From positions 19,716,001 through 19,780,000 of the forward strand of contig OZ059898.1 in assembly GCA_964057225.1 (NCBI GenBank): a DNA stretch of 64,000 nucleotides. Reading direction: 5' to 3'. Below are positions 12,801 through 27,800 of the stretch, one piece after another (position 1 is the first letter of the stretch; each line of letters begins with the position of its first letter). The stretch comes from Auanema rhodensis. Its lineage: Eukaryota > Animalia > Nematoda. The position numbers were made by a program, and so were the translations under genes. The notes under the pieces are model-generated. The model was not told the DNA's origin, made no database searches, and saw only the letters and a program-made list of their open reading frames with translations.

Positions 12801-15800
12801 AGAATTAATTTTTTCGTTGAATAACATTAGCCATCGTCTTTGCCTTATAAAAAGGAATCTAAAAACATTTACTTTTTGCTAAATTATTTTGAAATTTTTC
12901 GAAAAAATTTTTGCCAAAATGTTTTTGGAAGCAATGTTGAGTGTACATGGAAACTCAACATACACTAATGCATTATTTTTCAAACGATCATAACTAATTT
13001 TTGTATTAAGCGTTTCTCAATGTAGTATAGTGCATTCGATGCGGATTTTTAAGCTGCGTCGATCTGTGTTATCAGATTTGCGCTAGCTTAAAAATGCACC
13101 GAGACATCAACTGATATAAGTTCACACTTATATCCTCGATTTTCACCCTGAAGAAATAATTTTTTCGTTGAATAACATTGTCCATCGTCTTTGCCTTGAA
13201 AAAAAAAATCTAAAAACATCTACTTTTTGCTAAATTATTTTGAAATTTTTCGAAAAAATTTTTGTCAAAATGTTTTTGGAAGCAATGTTGAGTGTACATG
13301 GAAACTCAACATACACTAATGCATCATTTTTCAAACAATCATAACTAATTTTTGTATTAAGCGTTTCTCAATGTAGAATAGTGCATTCGATGCAGTTTTG
13401 TAAGCTGCGTCGATCTGTTTGATCAGATTTGGGCTAGCTTAAAAATGCACCGAGATATCAACTGATATAAGTTCACACTTATATCCTCGATTTTCACCCT
13501 GAAGAATTAATTTTTTCGTTGAATAACATTGTCCATCGTCTTTGCCTTGAAAAAAAAAATCTAAAAACATCTACTTTTTGCTAAATTATTTTGAAATTTT
13601 TCGAAAAAATTTTTGTCAAAATGTTTTTGGAAGCAATGTTGAGTGTACATGGAAACTCAACATACACTAATGCATCATTTTTCAAACAATCATAACTAAT
13701 TTTTGTATTAAGCGTTTCTCAATGTAGAATAGTGCATTCGATGCAGTTTTGTAAGCTGCGTCGATCTGTTTGATCAGATTTGGGCTAGCTTAAAAATGCA
13801 CCGAGATATCAACTGATATAAGTTCACACTTATATCCTCGATTTTCACCCTGAAGAATTAATTTTTTCGTTGAATAACATTGTCCATCGTCTTTGCCTTG
13901 AAAAACGAAATCTGAAAACTTCTACTTTTTGCTAAATTATTTTGAAATTTTTCGAAAAAATTTTTGTCAAAATGTTTTTGGAAGCAATGTTGAGTGTACA
14001 TGGAAACTCAACATACACTAATGCATCATTTTTCAAACGATCACAACTAATTTTTGTATAAAGCGTTTCTCAATGTCGTATAGTGCATTCGATGCAGATT
14101 TGTAAGCTGCGTCGATCTGTGTTATCAGATTTGCGCTAGCTTAAAAATGCACCGAGATATCAACTGATATAAGTTCACACTTATATCCTCGATTTTCACC
14201 CTGAAGAATTAATTTTTTCGTTGAATAACATTAGCCATCGTCTTTGCCTTATAAAAAGGAATCTAAAAACATTTACTTTTTGCTAAATTATTTTGAAATT
14301 TTTCGAAAAAATTTTTGCCAAAATGTTTTTGGAAGCAATGTTGAGTGTACATGGAAACTCAACATACACTAATGCATTATTTTTCAAACGATCATAACTA
14401 ATTTTTGTATTAAGCGTTTCTCAATGTAGTATAGTGCATTCGATGCGGATTTTTAAGCTGCGTCGATCTGTGTTATCAGATTTGCGCTAGCTTAAAAATG
14501 CACCGAGACATCAACTGATATAAGTTCACACTTATATCCTCGATTTTCACCCTGAAGAAATAATTTTTTCGTTGAATAACATTGTCCATCGTCTTTGCCT
14601 TGAAAAAAAAAATCTAAAAACATCTACTTTTTGCTAAATTATTTTGAAATTTTTCGAAAAAATTTTTGTCAAAATGTTTTTGGAAGCAATGTTGAGTGTA
14701 CATGGAAACTCAACATACACTAATGCATCATTTTTCAAACAATCATAACTAATTTTTGTATTAAGCGTTTCTCAATGTAGAATAGTGCATTCGATGCAGT
14801 TTTGTAAGCTGCGTCGATCTGTTTGATCAGATTTGGGCTAGCTTAAAAATGCACCGAGATATCAACTGATATAAGTTCACACTTATATCCTCGATTTTCA
14901 CCCTGAAGAATTAATTTTTTCGTTGAATAACATTGTCCATCGTCTTTGCCTTGAAAAACGAAATCTGAAAACTTCTACTTTTTGCTAAATTATTTTGAAA
15001 TTTTTCGAAAAAATTTTTGTCAAAATGTTTTTGGAAGCAATGTTGAGTGTACATGGAAACTCAACATACACTAATGCATCATTTTTCAAACGATCACAAC
15101 TAATTTTTGTATAAAGCGTTTCTCAATGTCGTATAGTGCATTCGATGCAGATTTGTAAGCTGCGTCGATCTGTGTTATCAGATTTGCGCTAGCTTAAAAA
15201 TGCACCGAGATATCAACTGATATAAGTTCACACTTATATCCTCGATTTTCACCCAGAAGAATTAATTTTTTCGTTGAATAACATTAGCCATCGTCTTTGC
15301 CTTATAAAAAGGAATCTAAAAACATTTACTTTTTGCTAAATTATTTTGAAATTTTTCGAAAAAATTTTTGCCAAAATGTTTTTGGAAGCAATGTTGAGTG
15401 TACATGGAAACTCAACATACACTAATGCATTATTTTTCAAACGATCATAACTAATTTTTGTATTAAGCGTTTCTCAATGTAGTATAGTGCATTCGATGCG
15501 GATTTTTAAGCTGCGTCGATCTGTGTTATCAGATTTGCGCTAGCTTAAAAATGCACCGAGACATCAACTGATATAAGTTCACACTTATATCCTCGATTTT
15601 CACCCTGAAGAAATAATTTTTTCGTTGAATAACATTGTCCATCGTCTTTGCCTTGAAAAAAAAAATCTAAAAACATCTACTTTTTGCTAAATTATTTTGA
15701 AATTTTTCGAAAAAATTTTTGTCAAAATGTTTTTGGAAGCAATGTTGAGTGTACATGGAAACTCAACATACACTAATGCATCATTTTTCAAACAATCATA

Positions 15801-18800
15801 ACTAATTTTTGTATTAAGCGTTTCTCAATGTAGAATAGTGCATTCGATGCAGTTTTGTAAGCTGCGTCGATCTGTTTGATCAGATTTGGGCTAGCTTAAA
15901 AATGCACCGAGATATCAACTGATATAAGTTCACACTTATATCCTCGATTTTCACCCTGAAGAATTAATTTTTTCGTTGAATAACATTGTCCATCGTCTTT
16001 GCCTTGAAAAACGAAATCTGAAAACTTCTACTTTTTGCTAAATTATTTTGAAATTTTTCGAAAAAATTTTTGTCAAAATGTTTTTGGAAGCAATGTTGAG
16101 TGTACATGGAAACTCAACATACACTAATGCATCATTTTTCAAACGATCACAACTAATTTTTGTATAAAGCGTTTCTCAATGTCGTATAGTGCATTCGATG
16201 CAGATTTGTAAGCTGCGTCGATCTGTGTTATCAGATTTGCGCTAGCTTAAAAATGCACCGAGATATCAACTGATATAAGTTCACACTTATATCCTCGATT
16301 TTCACCCTGAAGAATTAATTTTTTCGTTGAATAACATTAGCCATCGTCTTTGCCTTATAAAAAGGAATCTAAAAACATTTACTTTTTGCTAAATTATTTT
16401 GAAATTTTTCGAAAAAATTTTTGCCAAAATGTTTTTGGAAGCAATGTTGAGTGTACATGGAAACTCAACATACACTAATGCATTATTTTTCAAACGATCA
16501 TAACTAATTTTTGTATTAAGCGTTTCTCAATGTAGTATAGTGCATTCGATGCGGATTTTTAAGCTGCGTCGATCTGTGTTATCAGATTTGCGCTAGCTTA
16601 AAAATGCACCGAGACATCAACTGATATAAGTTCACACTTATATCCTCGATTTTCACCCTGAAGAAATAATTTTTTCGTTGAATAACATTGTCCATCGTCT
16701 TTGCCTTGAAAAAAAAAATCTAAAAACATCTACTTTTTGCTAAATTATTTTGAAATTTTTCGAAAAAATTTTTGTCAAAATGTTTTTGGAAGCAATGTTG
16801 AGTGTACATGGAAACTCAACATACACTAATGCATCATTTTTCAAACAATCATAACTAATTTTTGTATTAAGCGTTTCTCAATGTAGAATAGTGCATTCGA
16901 TGCAGTTTTGTAAGCTGCGTCGATCTGTTTGATCAGATTTGGGCTAGCTTAAAAATGCACCGAGATATCAACTGATATAAGTTCACACTTATATCCTCGA
17001 TTTTCACCCTGAAGAATTAATTTTTTCGTTGAATAACATTGTCCATCGTCTTTGCCTTGAAAAAAAAAATCTAAAAACATCTACTTTTTGCTAAATTATT
17101 TTGAAATTTTTCGAAAAAATTTTTGTCAAAATGTTTTTGGAAGCAATGTTGAGTGTACATGGAAACTCAACATACACTAATGCATCATTTTTCAAACAAT
17201 CATAACTAATTTTTGTATTAAGCGTTTCTCAATGTAGAATAGTGCATTCGATGCAGTTTTGTAAGCTGCGTCGATCTGTTTGATCAGATTTGGGCTAGCT
17301 TAAAAATGCACCGAGATATCAACTGATATAAGTTCACACTTATATCCTCGATTTTCACCCTGAAGAATTAATTTTTTCGTTGAATAACATTGTCCATCGT
17401 CTTTGCCTTGAAAAACGAAATCTGAAAACTTCTACTTTTTGCTAAATTATTTTGAAATTTTTCGAAAAAATTTTTGTCAAAATGTTTTTGGAAGCAATGT
17501 TGAGTGTACATGGAAACTCAACATACACTAATGCATCATTTTTCAAACGATCACAACTAATTTTTGTATAAAGCGTTTCTCAATGTCGTATAGTGCATTC
17601 GATGCAGATTTGTAAGCTGCGTCGATCTGTGTTATCAGATTTGCGCTAGCTTAAAAATGCACCGAGATATCAACTGATATAAGTTCACACTTATATCCTC
17701 GATTTTCACCCTGAAGAATTAATTTTTTCGTTGAATAACATTAGCCATCGTCTTTGCCTTATAAAAAGGAATCTAAAAACATTTACTTTTTGCTAAATTA
17801 TTTTGAAATTTTTCGAAAAAATTTTTGCCAAAATGTTTTTGGAAGCAATGTTGAGTGTACATGGAAACTCAACATACACTAATGCATTATTTTTCAAACG
17901 ATCATAACTAATTTTTGTATTAAGCGTTTCTCAATGTAGTATAGTGCATTCGATGCGGATTTTTAAGCTGCGTCGATCTGTGTTATCAGATTTGCGCTAG
18001 CTTAAAAATGCACCGAGACATCAACTGATATAAGTTCACACTTATATCCTCGATTTTCACCCTGAAGAAATAATTTTTTCGTTGAATAACATTGTCCATC
18101 GTCTTTGCCTTGAAAAAAAAAATCTAAAAACATCTACTTTTTGCTAAATTATTTTGAAATTTTTCGAAAAAATTTTTGTCAAAATGTTTTTGGAAGCAAT
18201 GTTGAGTGTACATGGAAACTCAACATACACTAATGCATCATTTTTCAAACAATCATAACTAATTTTTGTATTAAGCGTTTCTCAATGTAGAATAGTGCAT
18301 TCGATGCAGTTTTGTAAGCTGCGTCGATCTGTTTGATCAGATTTGGGCTAGCTTAAAAATGCACCGAGATATCAACTGATATAAGTTCACACTTATATCC
18401 TCGATTTTCACCCTGAAGAATTAATTTTTTCGTTGAATAACATTGTCCATCGTCTTTGCCTTGAAAAAAAAAATCTAAAAACATCTACTTTTTGCTAAAT
18501 TATTTTGAAATTTTTCGAAAAAATTTTTGTCAAAATGTTTTTGGAAGCAATGTTGAGTGTACATGGAAACTCAACATACACTAATGCATCATTTTTCAAA
18601 CAATCATAACTAATTTTTGTATTAAGCGTTTCTCAATGTAGAATAGTGCATTCGATGCAGTTTTGTAAGCTGCGTCGATCTGTTTGATCAGATTTGGGCT
18701 AGCTTAAAAATGCACCGAGATATCAACTGATATAAGTTCACACTTATATCCTCGATTTTCACCCTGAAGAATTAATTTTTTCGTTGAATAACATTGTCCA

Positions 18801-21800
18801 TCGTCTTTGCCTTGAAAAAAGGAATCTAAAAACATCTACTTTTTGCTAAATTATTCTGAAATTTTTCGAAAAACTTTTTGTCAAAATGTTTTTGGAAGCA
18901 ATGTTGAGTGTACATGGAAACTCAACATACACTAATGCATCATTTTTCAAACGATCATAACTAATTTTTGTATTAAGCGTTTCTCAATGTAGTATAGTGC
19001 ATTCGATGCGGATTTTTAAGCTGCGTCGATCTGTGTTATCAGATTTGCGCTAGCTTAAAAATGCACCGAGATATCAACTGATATAAGTTCACACTTATAT
19101 CCTCGATTTTCACCCTGAAGAATTAATTTTTTCGTTGAATAACAATGTCCATCGTCTTTGCCTTGAAAAACGAAATCTGAAAACATCTACTTTTTGCTAA
19201 ATTATTTTGAAATTTTTCGAAAAAATTTTTGTCAAAATGTTTTTGGAAGCAATGTTGAGTGTACATGGAAACTCAACATACACTAATGCATCATTTTACA
19301 AACAATCATAACTAATTTTTGTATTAAGCGTTTCTCAATGTAGAATAGTGCATTCGATGCAGTTTTGTAAGCTGCGTCGATCTGTTTGATCAGATTTGGG
19401 CTAGCTTAAAAATGCACCGAGATATCAACTGATATAAGTTCACACTTATATCCTCGATTTTCACCCTGAAGAATTAATTTTTTCGTTGAATAACATTGTC
19501 CATCGTCTTTGCCTTGAAAAAAAAAATCTAAAAACATCTACTTTTTGCTAAATTATTTTGAAATTTTTCGAAAAAATTTTTGTCAAAATGTTTTTGGAAG
19601 CAATGTTGAGTGTACATGGAAACTCAACATACACTAATGCATCATTTTTCAAACAATCATAACTAATTTTTGTATTAAGCGTTTCTCAATGTAGAATAGT
19701 GCATTCGATGCAGTTTTGTAAGCTGCGTCGATCTGTTTGATCAGATTTGGGCTAGCTTAAAAATGCACCGAGATATCAACTGATATAAGTTCACACTTAT
19801 ATCCTCGATTTTCACCCTGAAGAATTAATTTTTTCGTTGAATAACATTGTCCATCGTCTTTGCCTTGAAAAAAGGAATCTAAAAACATCTACTTTTTGCT
19901 AAATTATTCTGAAATTTTTCGAAAAAATTTTTGTCAAAATGTTTTTGGAAGCAATGTTGAGTGTACATGGAAACTCAACATACACTATTGCATCATTTTT
20001 CAAACGATCATAACTAATTTTTGTATTAAGCGTTTCTCAATGTAGTATAGTGCATTCGATGCGGATTTTTAAGCTGCGTCGATCTGTGTTATCAGATTTG
20101 CGCTAGCTTAAAAATGCACCGAGACATCAACTGATATAAGTTCACACTTATATCCTCGATTTTCACCCTGAAGAATTAATTTTTTCGTTGAATAACGTTG
20201 TCCATCGTCTTTGCCTTGAAAAAAGGAATCTAAAAACATCTACTTTTTGCTAAATTATTGCGAAATTTTTCGAAAAAATTTTTGTCAAAATGTTTTTGGA
20301 AGCAATGTTGAGTGTACATGGAAACTCAACATACACTAATGCATCATTTTTCAAACGATCATAACTAATTTCTGTATTAAACGTTTTTCAATGTAGTATA
20401 GTGCATTCGATGCGGATTTTTAAGCTGCGTCGATCTGTGTTATCAGATTTGCGCTAGCTTAAAAATGCACCGAGACATCAACTGATATAAGTTCACACTT
20501 ATATCCTCGATTTTCACCCTGAAGAAATAATTTTTTCGTTGAATAACATTGTCCATCGTCTTTGCCTTGAAAAAAAAAAACTAAAAACATCTACTTTTTG
20601 CTAAATTATTTTGAAATTTTTCGAAAAAATTTTTGTCAAAATGTTTTTGGAAGCAATGTTGAGTGTACATGGAAACTCAACATACACTAATGCATCATTT
20701 TTCAAACAATCATAACTAATTTTTGTATTAAGCGTTTCTCAATGTAGAATAGTGCATTCGATGCAGTTTTGTAAGCTGCGTCGATCTGTTTGATCAGATT
20801 TGGGCTAGCTTAAAAATGCACCGAGATATCAACTGATATAAGTTCACACTTATATCCTCGATTTTCACCCTGAAGAATTAATTTTTTCGTTGAATAACAT
20901 TGTCCATCGTCTTTGCCTTGAAAAAAAAAATCTAAAAACATCTACTTTTTGCTAAATTATTTTGAAATTTTTCGAAAAAATTTTTGTCAAAATGTTTTTG
21001 GAAGCAATGTTGAGTGTACATGGAAACTCAACATACACTAATGCATCATTTTTCAAACAATCATAACTAATTTTTGTATTAAGCGTTTCTCAATGTAGAA
21101 TAGTGCATTCGATGCAGTTTTGTAAGCTGCGTCGATCTGTTTGATCAGATTTGGGCTAGCTTAAAAATGCACCGAGATATCAACTGATATAAGTTCACAC
21201 TTATATCCTCGATTTTCACCCTGAAGAATTAATTTTTTCGTTGAATAACATTGTCCATCGTCTTTGCCTTGAAAAACGAAATCTGAAAACTTCTACTTTT
21301 TGCTAAATTATTTTGAAATTTTTCGAAAAAATTTTTGTCAAAATGTTTTTGGAAGCAATGTTGAGTGTACATGGAAACTCAACATACACTAATGCATCAT
21401 TTTTCAAACGATCACAACTAATTTTTGTATAAAGCGTTTCTCAATGTCGTATAGTGCATTCGATGCAGATTTGTAAGCTGCGTCGATCTGTGTTATCAGA
21501 TTTGCGCTAGCTTAAAAATGCACCGAGATATCAACTGATATAAGTTCACACTTATATCCTCGATTTTCACCCTGAAGAATTAATTTTTTCGTTGAATAAC
21601 ATTAGCCATCGTCTTTGCCTTATAAAAAGGAATCTAAAAACATTTACTTTTTGCTAAATTATTTTGAAATTTTTCGAAAAAATTTTTGCCAAAATGTTTT
21701 TGGAAGCAATGTTGAGTGTACATGGAAACTCAACATACACTAATGCATTATTTTTCAAACGATCATAACTAATTTTTGTATTAAGCGTTTCTCAATGTAG

Positions 21801-24800
21801 TATAGTGCATTCGATGCGGATTTTTAAGCTGCGTCGATCTGTGTTATCAGATTTGCGCTAGCTTAAAAATGCACCGAGACATCAACTGATATAAGTTCAC
21901 ACTTATATCCTCGATTTTCACCCTGAAGAAATAATTTTTTCGTTGAATAACATTGTCCATCGTCTTTGCCTTGAAAAAAAAAATCTAAAAACATCTACTT
22001 TTTGCTAAATTATTTTGAAATTTTTCGAAAAAATTTTTGTCAAAATGTTTTTGGAAGCAATGTTGAGTGTACATGGAAACTCAACATACACTAATGCATC
22101 ATTTTTCAAACAATCATAACTAATTTTTGTATTAAGCGTTTCTCAATGTAGAATAGTGCATTCGATGCAGTTTTGTAAGCTGCGTCGATCTGTTTGATCA
22201 GATTTGGGCTAGCTTAAAAATGCACCGAGATATCAACTGATATAAGTTCACACTTATATCCTCGATTTTCACCCTGAAGAATTAATTTTTTCGTTGAATA
22301 ACATTGTCCATCGTCTTTGCCTTGAAAAAAAAAATCTAAAAACATCTACTTTTTGCTAAATTATTTTGAAATTTTTCGAAAAAATTTTTGTCAAAATGTT
22401 TTTGGAAGCAATGTTGAGTGTACATGGAAACTCAACATACACTAATGCATCATTTTTCAAACAATCATAACTAATTTTTGTATTAAGCGTTTCTCAATGT
22501 AGAATAGTGCATTCGATGCAGTTTTGTAAGCTGCGTCGATCTGTTTGATCAGATTTGGGCTAGCTTAAAAATGCACCGAGATATCAACTGATATAAGTTC
22601 ACACTTATATCCTCGATTTTCACCCTGAAGAATTAATTTTTTCGTTGAATAACATTGTCCATCGTCTTTGCCTTGAAAAACGAAATCTGAAAACTTCTAC
22701 TTTTTGCTAAATTATTTTGAAATTTTTCGAAAAAATTTTTGTCAAAATGTTTTTGGAAGCAATGTTGAGTGTACATGGAAACTCAACATACACTAATGCA
22801 TCATTTTTCAAACGATCACAACTAATTTTTGTATAAAGCGTTTCTCAATGTCGTATAGTGCATTCGATGCAGATTTGTAAGCTGCGTCGATCTGTGTTAT
22901 CAGATTTGCGCTAGCTTAAAAATGCACCGAGATATCAACTGATATAAGTTCACACTTATATCCTCGATTTTCACCCTGAAGAATTAATTTTTTCGTTGAA
23001 TAACATTAGCCATCGTCTTTGCCTTATAAAAAGGAATCTAAAAACATTTACTTTTTGCTAAATTATTTTGAAATTTTTCGAAAAAATTTTTGCCAAAATG
23101 TTTTTGGAAGCAATGTTGAGTGTACATGGAAACTCAACATACACTAATGCATTATTTTTCAAACGATCATAACTAATTTTTGTATTAAGCGTTTCTCAAT
23201 GTAGTATAGTGCATTCGATGCGGATTTTTAAGCTGCGTCGATCTGTGTTATCAGATTTGCGCTAGCTTAAAAATGCACCGAGACATCAACTGATATAAGT
23301 TCACACTTATATCCTCGATTTTCACCCTGAAGAAATAATTTTTTCGTTGAATAACATTGTCCATCGTCTTTGCCTTGAAAAAAAAAATCTAAAAACATCT
23401 ACTTTTTGCTAAATTATTTTGAAATTTTTCGAAAAAATTTTTGTCAAAATGTTTTTGGAAGCAATGTTGAGTGTACATGGAAACTCAACATACACTAATG
23501 CATCATTTTTCAAACAATCATAACTAATTTTTGTATTAAGCGTTTCTCAATGTAGAATAGTGCATTCGATGCAGTTTTGTAAGCTGCGTCGATCTGTTTG
23601 ATCAGATTTGGGCTAGCTTAAAAATGCACCGAGATATCAACTGATATAAGTTCACACTTATATCCTCGATTTTCACCCTGAAGAATTAATTTTTTCGTTG
23701 AATAACATTGTCCATCGTCTTTGCCTTGAAAAACGAAATCTGAAAACTTCTACTTTTTGCTAAATTATTTTGAAATTTTTCGAAAAAATTTTTGTCAAAA
23801 TGTTTTTGGAAGCAATGTTGAGTGTACATGGAAACTCAACATACACTAATGCATCATTTTTCAAACGATCACAACTAATTTTTGTATAAAGCGTTTCTCA
23901 ATGTCGTATAGTGCATTCGATGCAGATTTGTAAGCTGCGTCGATCTGTGTTATCAGATTTGCGCTAGCTTAAAAATGCACCGAGATATCAACTGATATAA
24001 GTTCACACTTATATCCTCGATTTTCACCCTGAAGAATTAATTTTTTCGTTGAATAACATTAGCCATCGTCTTTGCCTTATAAAAAGGAATCTAAAAACAT
24101 TTACTTTTTGCTAAATTATTTTGAAATTTTTCGAAAAAATTTTTGCCAAAATGTTTTTGGAAGCAATGTTGAGTGTACATGGAAACTCAACATACACTAA
24201 TGCATTATTTTTCAAACGATCATAACTAATTTTTGTATTAAGCGTTTCTCAATGTAGTATAGTGCATTCGATGCGGATTTTTAAGCTGCGTCGATCTGTG
24301 TTATCAGATTTGCGCTAGCTTAAAAATGCACCGAGACATCAACTGATATAAGTTCACACTTATATCCTCGATTTTCACCCTGAAGAAATAATTTTTTCGT
24401 TGAATAACATTGTCCATCGTCTTTGCCTTGAAAAAAAAAATCTAAAAACATCTACTTTTTGCTAAATTATTTTGAAATTTTTCGAAAAAATTTTTGTCAA
24501 AATGTTTTTGGAAGCAATGTTGAGTGTACATGGAAACTCAACATACACTAATGCATCATTTTTCAAACAATCATAACTAATTTTTGTATTAAGCGTTTCT
24601 CAATGTAGAATAGTGCATTCGATGCAGTTTTGTAAGCTGCGTCGATCTGTTTGATCAGATTTGGGCTAGCTTAAAAATGCACCGAGATATCAACTGATAT
24701 AAGTTCACACTTATATCCTCGATTTTCACCCTGAAGAATTAATTTTTTCGTTGAATAACATTGTCCATCGTCTTTGCCTTGAAAAACGAAATCTGAAAAC

Positions 24801-27800
24801 TTCTACTTTTTGCTAAATTATTTTGAAATTTTTCGAAAAAATTTTTGTCAAAATGTTTTTGGAAGCAATGTTGAGTGTACATGGAAACTCAACATACACT
24901 AATGCATTATTTTTCAAACGATCATAACTAATTTTTGTATTAAGCGTTTCTCAATGTAGTATAGTGCATTCGATGCGGATTTTTAAGCTGCGTCGATCTG
25001 TGTTATCAGATTTGCGCTAGCTTAAAAATGCACCGAGACATCAACTGATATAAGTTCACACTTATATCCTCGATTTTCACCCTGAAGAAATAATTTTTTC
25101 GTTGAATAACATTGTCCATCGTCTTTGCCTTGAAAAAAAAAATCTAAAAACATCTACTTTTTGCTAAATTATTTTGAAATTTTTCGAAAAAATTTTTGTC
25201 AAAATGTTTTTGGAAGCAATGTTGAGTGTACATGGAAACTCAACATACACTAATGCATCATTTTTCAAACAATCATAACTAATTTTTGTATTAAGCGTTT
25301 CTCAATGTAGAATAGTGCATTCGATGCAGTTTTGTAAGCTGCGTCGATCTGTTTGATCAGATTTGGGCTAGCCTAAAAATGCACCGAGATATCAACTGAT
25401 ATAAGTTCACACTTATATCCTCGATTTTCACCCTGAAGAATTAATTTTTTCGTTGAATAACATTGTCCATCGTCTTTGCCTTGAAAAAAAAAATCTAAAA
25501 ACATCTACTTTTTGCTAAATTATTTTGAAATTTTTCGAAAAAATTTTTGTCAAAATGTTTTTGGAAGCAATGTTGAGTGTACATGGAAACTCAACATACA
25601 CTAATGCATCATTTTTCAAACAATCATAACTAATTTTTGTATTAAGCGTTTCTCAATGTAGAATAGTGCATTCGATGCAGTTTTGTAAGCTGCGTCGATC
25701 TGTTTGATCAGATTTGGGCTAGCTTAAAAATGCACCGAGATATCAACTGATATAAGTTCACACTTATATCCTCGATTTTCACCCTGAAGAATTAATTTTT
25801 TCGTTGAATAACATTGTCCATCGTCTTTGCCTTGAAAAACGAAATCTGAAAACTTCTACTTTTTGCTAAATTATTTTGAAATTTTTCGAAAAAATTTTTG
25901 TCAAAATGTTTTTGGAAGCAATGTTGAGTGTACATGGAAACTCAACATACACTAATGCATCATTTTTCAAACGATCACAACTAATTTTTGTATAAAGCGT
26001 TTCTCAATGTCGTATAGTGCATTCGATGCAGATTTGTAAGCTGCGTCGATCTGTGTTATCAGATTTGCGCTAGCTTAAAAATGCACCGAGATATCAACTG
26101 ATATAAGTTCACACTTATATCCTCGATTTTCACCCTGAAGAATTAATTTTTTCGTTGAATAACATTAGCCATCGTCTTTGCCTTATAAAAAGGAATCTAA
26201 AAACATTTACTTTTTGCTAAATTATTTTGAAATTTTTCGAAAAAATTTTTGCCAAAATGTTTTTGGAAGCAATGTTGAGTGTACATGGAAACTCAACATA
26301 CACTAATGCATTATTTTTCAAACGATCATAACTAATTTTTGTATTAAGCGTTTCTCAATGTAGTATAGTGCATTCGATGCGGATTTTTAAGCTGCGTCGA
26401 TCTGTGTTATCAGATTTGCGCTAGCTTAAAAATGCACCGAGACATCAACTGATATAAGTTCACACTTATATCCTCGATTTTCACCCTGAAGAAATAATTT
26501 TTTCGTTGAATAACATTGTCCATCGTCTTTGCCTTGAAAAAAAAAATCTAAAAACATCTACTTTTTGCTAAATTATTTTGAAATTTTTCGAAAAAATTTT
26601 TGTCAAAATGTTTTTGGAAGCAATGTTGAGTGTACATGGAAACTCAACATACACTAATGCATCATTTTTCAAACAATCATAACTAATTTTTGTATTAAGC
26701 GTTTCTCAATGTAGAATAGTGCATTCGATGCAGTTTTGTAAGCTGCGTCGATCTGTTTGATCAGATTTGGGCTAGCTTAAAAATGCACCGAGATATCAAC
26801 TGATATAAGTTCACACTTATATCCTCGATTTTCACCCTGAAGAATTAATTTTTTCGTTGAATAACATTGTCCATCGTCTTTGCCTTGAAAAAAAAAATCT
26901 AAAAACATCTACTTTTTGCTAAATTATTTTGAAATTTTTCGAAAAAATTTTTGTCAAAATGTTTTTGGAAGCAATGTTGAGTGTACATGGAAACTCAACA
27001 TACACTAATGCATCATTTTTCAAACAATCATAACTAATTTTTGTATTAAGCGTTTCTCAATGTAGAATAGTGCATTCGATGCAGTTTTGTAAGCTGCGTC
27101 GATCTGTTTGATCAGATTTGGGCTAGCTTAAAAATGCACCGAGATATCAACTGATATAAGTTCACACTTATATCCTCGATTTTCACCCTGAAGAATTAAT
27201 TTTTTCGTTGAATAACATTGTCCATCGTCTTTGCCTTGAAAAAAGGAATCTAAAAACATCTACTTTTTGCTAAATTATTCTGAAATTTTTCGAAAAACTT
27301 TTTGTCAAAATGTTTTTGGAAGCAATGTTGAGTGTACATGGAAACTCAACATACACTAATGCATCATTTTTCAAACGATCATAACTAATTTTTGTATTAA
27401 GCGTTTCTCAATGTAGTATAGTGCATTCGATGCGGATTTTTAAGCTGCGTCGATCTGTGTTATCAGATTTGCGCTAGCTTAAAAATGCACCGAGATACCA
27501 ACTGATATAAGTTCACACTTATATCCTCGATTTTCACCCTGAAGAATTAATTTTTTCGTTGAATAACAATGTCCATCGTCTTTGCCTTGAAAAACGAAAT
27601 CTGAAAACATCTACTTTTTGCTAAATTATTTTGAAATTTTTCGAAAAAATTTTTGTCAAAATGTTTTTGGAAGCAATGTTGAGTGTACATGGAAACTCAA
27701 CATACACTAATGCATCATTTTTCAAACAATCATAACTAATTTTTGTATTAAGCGTTTCTCAATGTAGAATAGTGCATTCGATGCAGTTTTGTAAGCTGCG

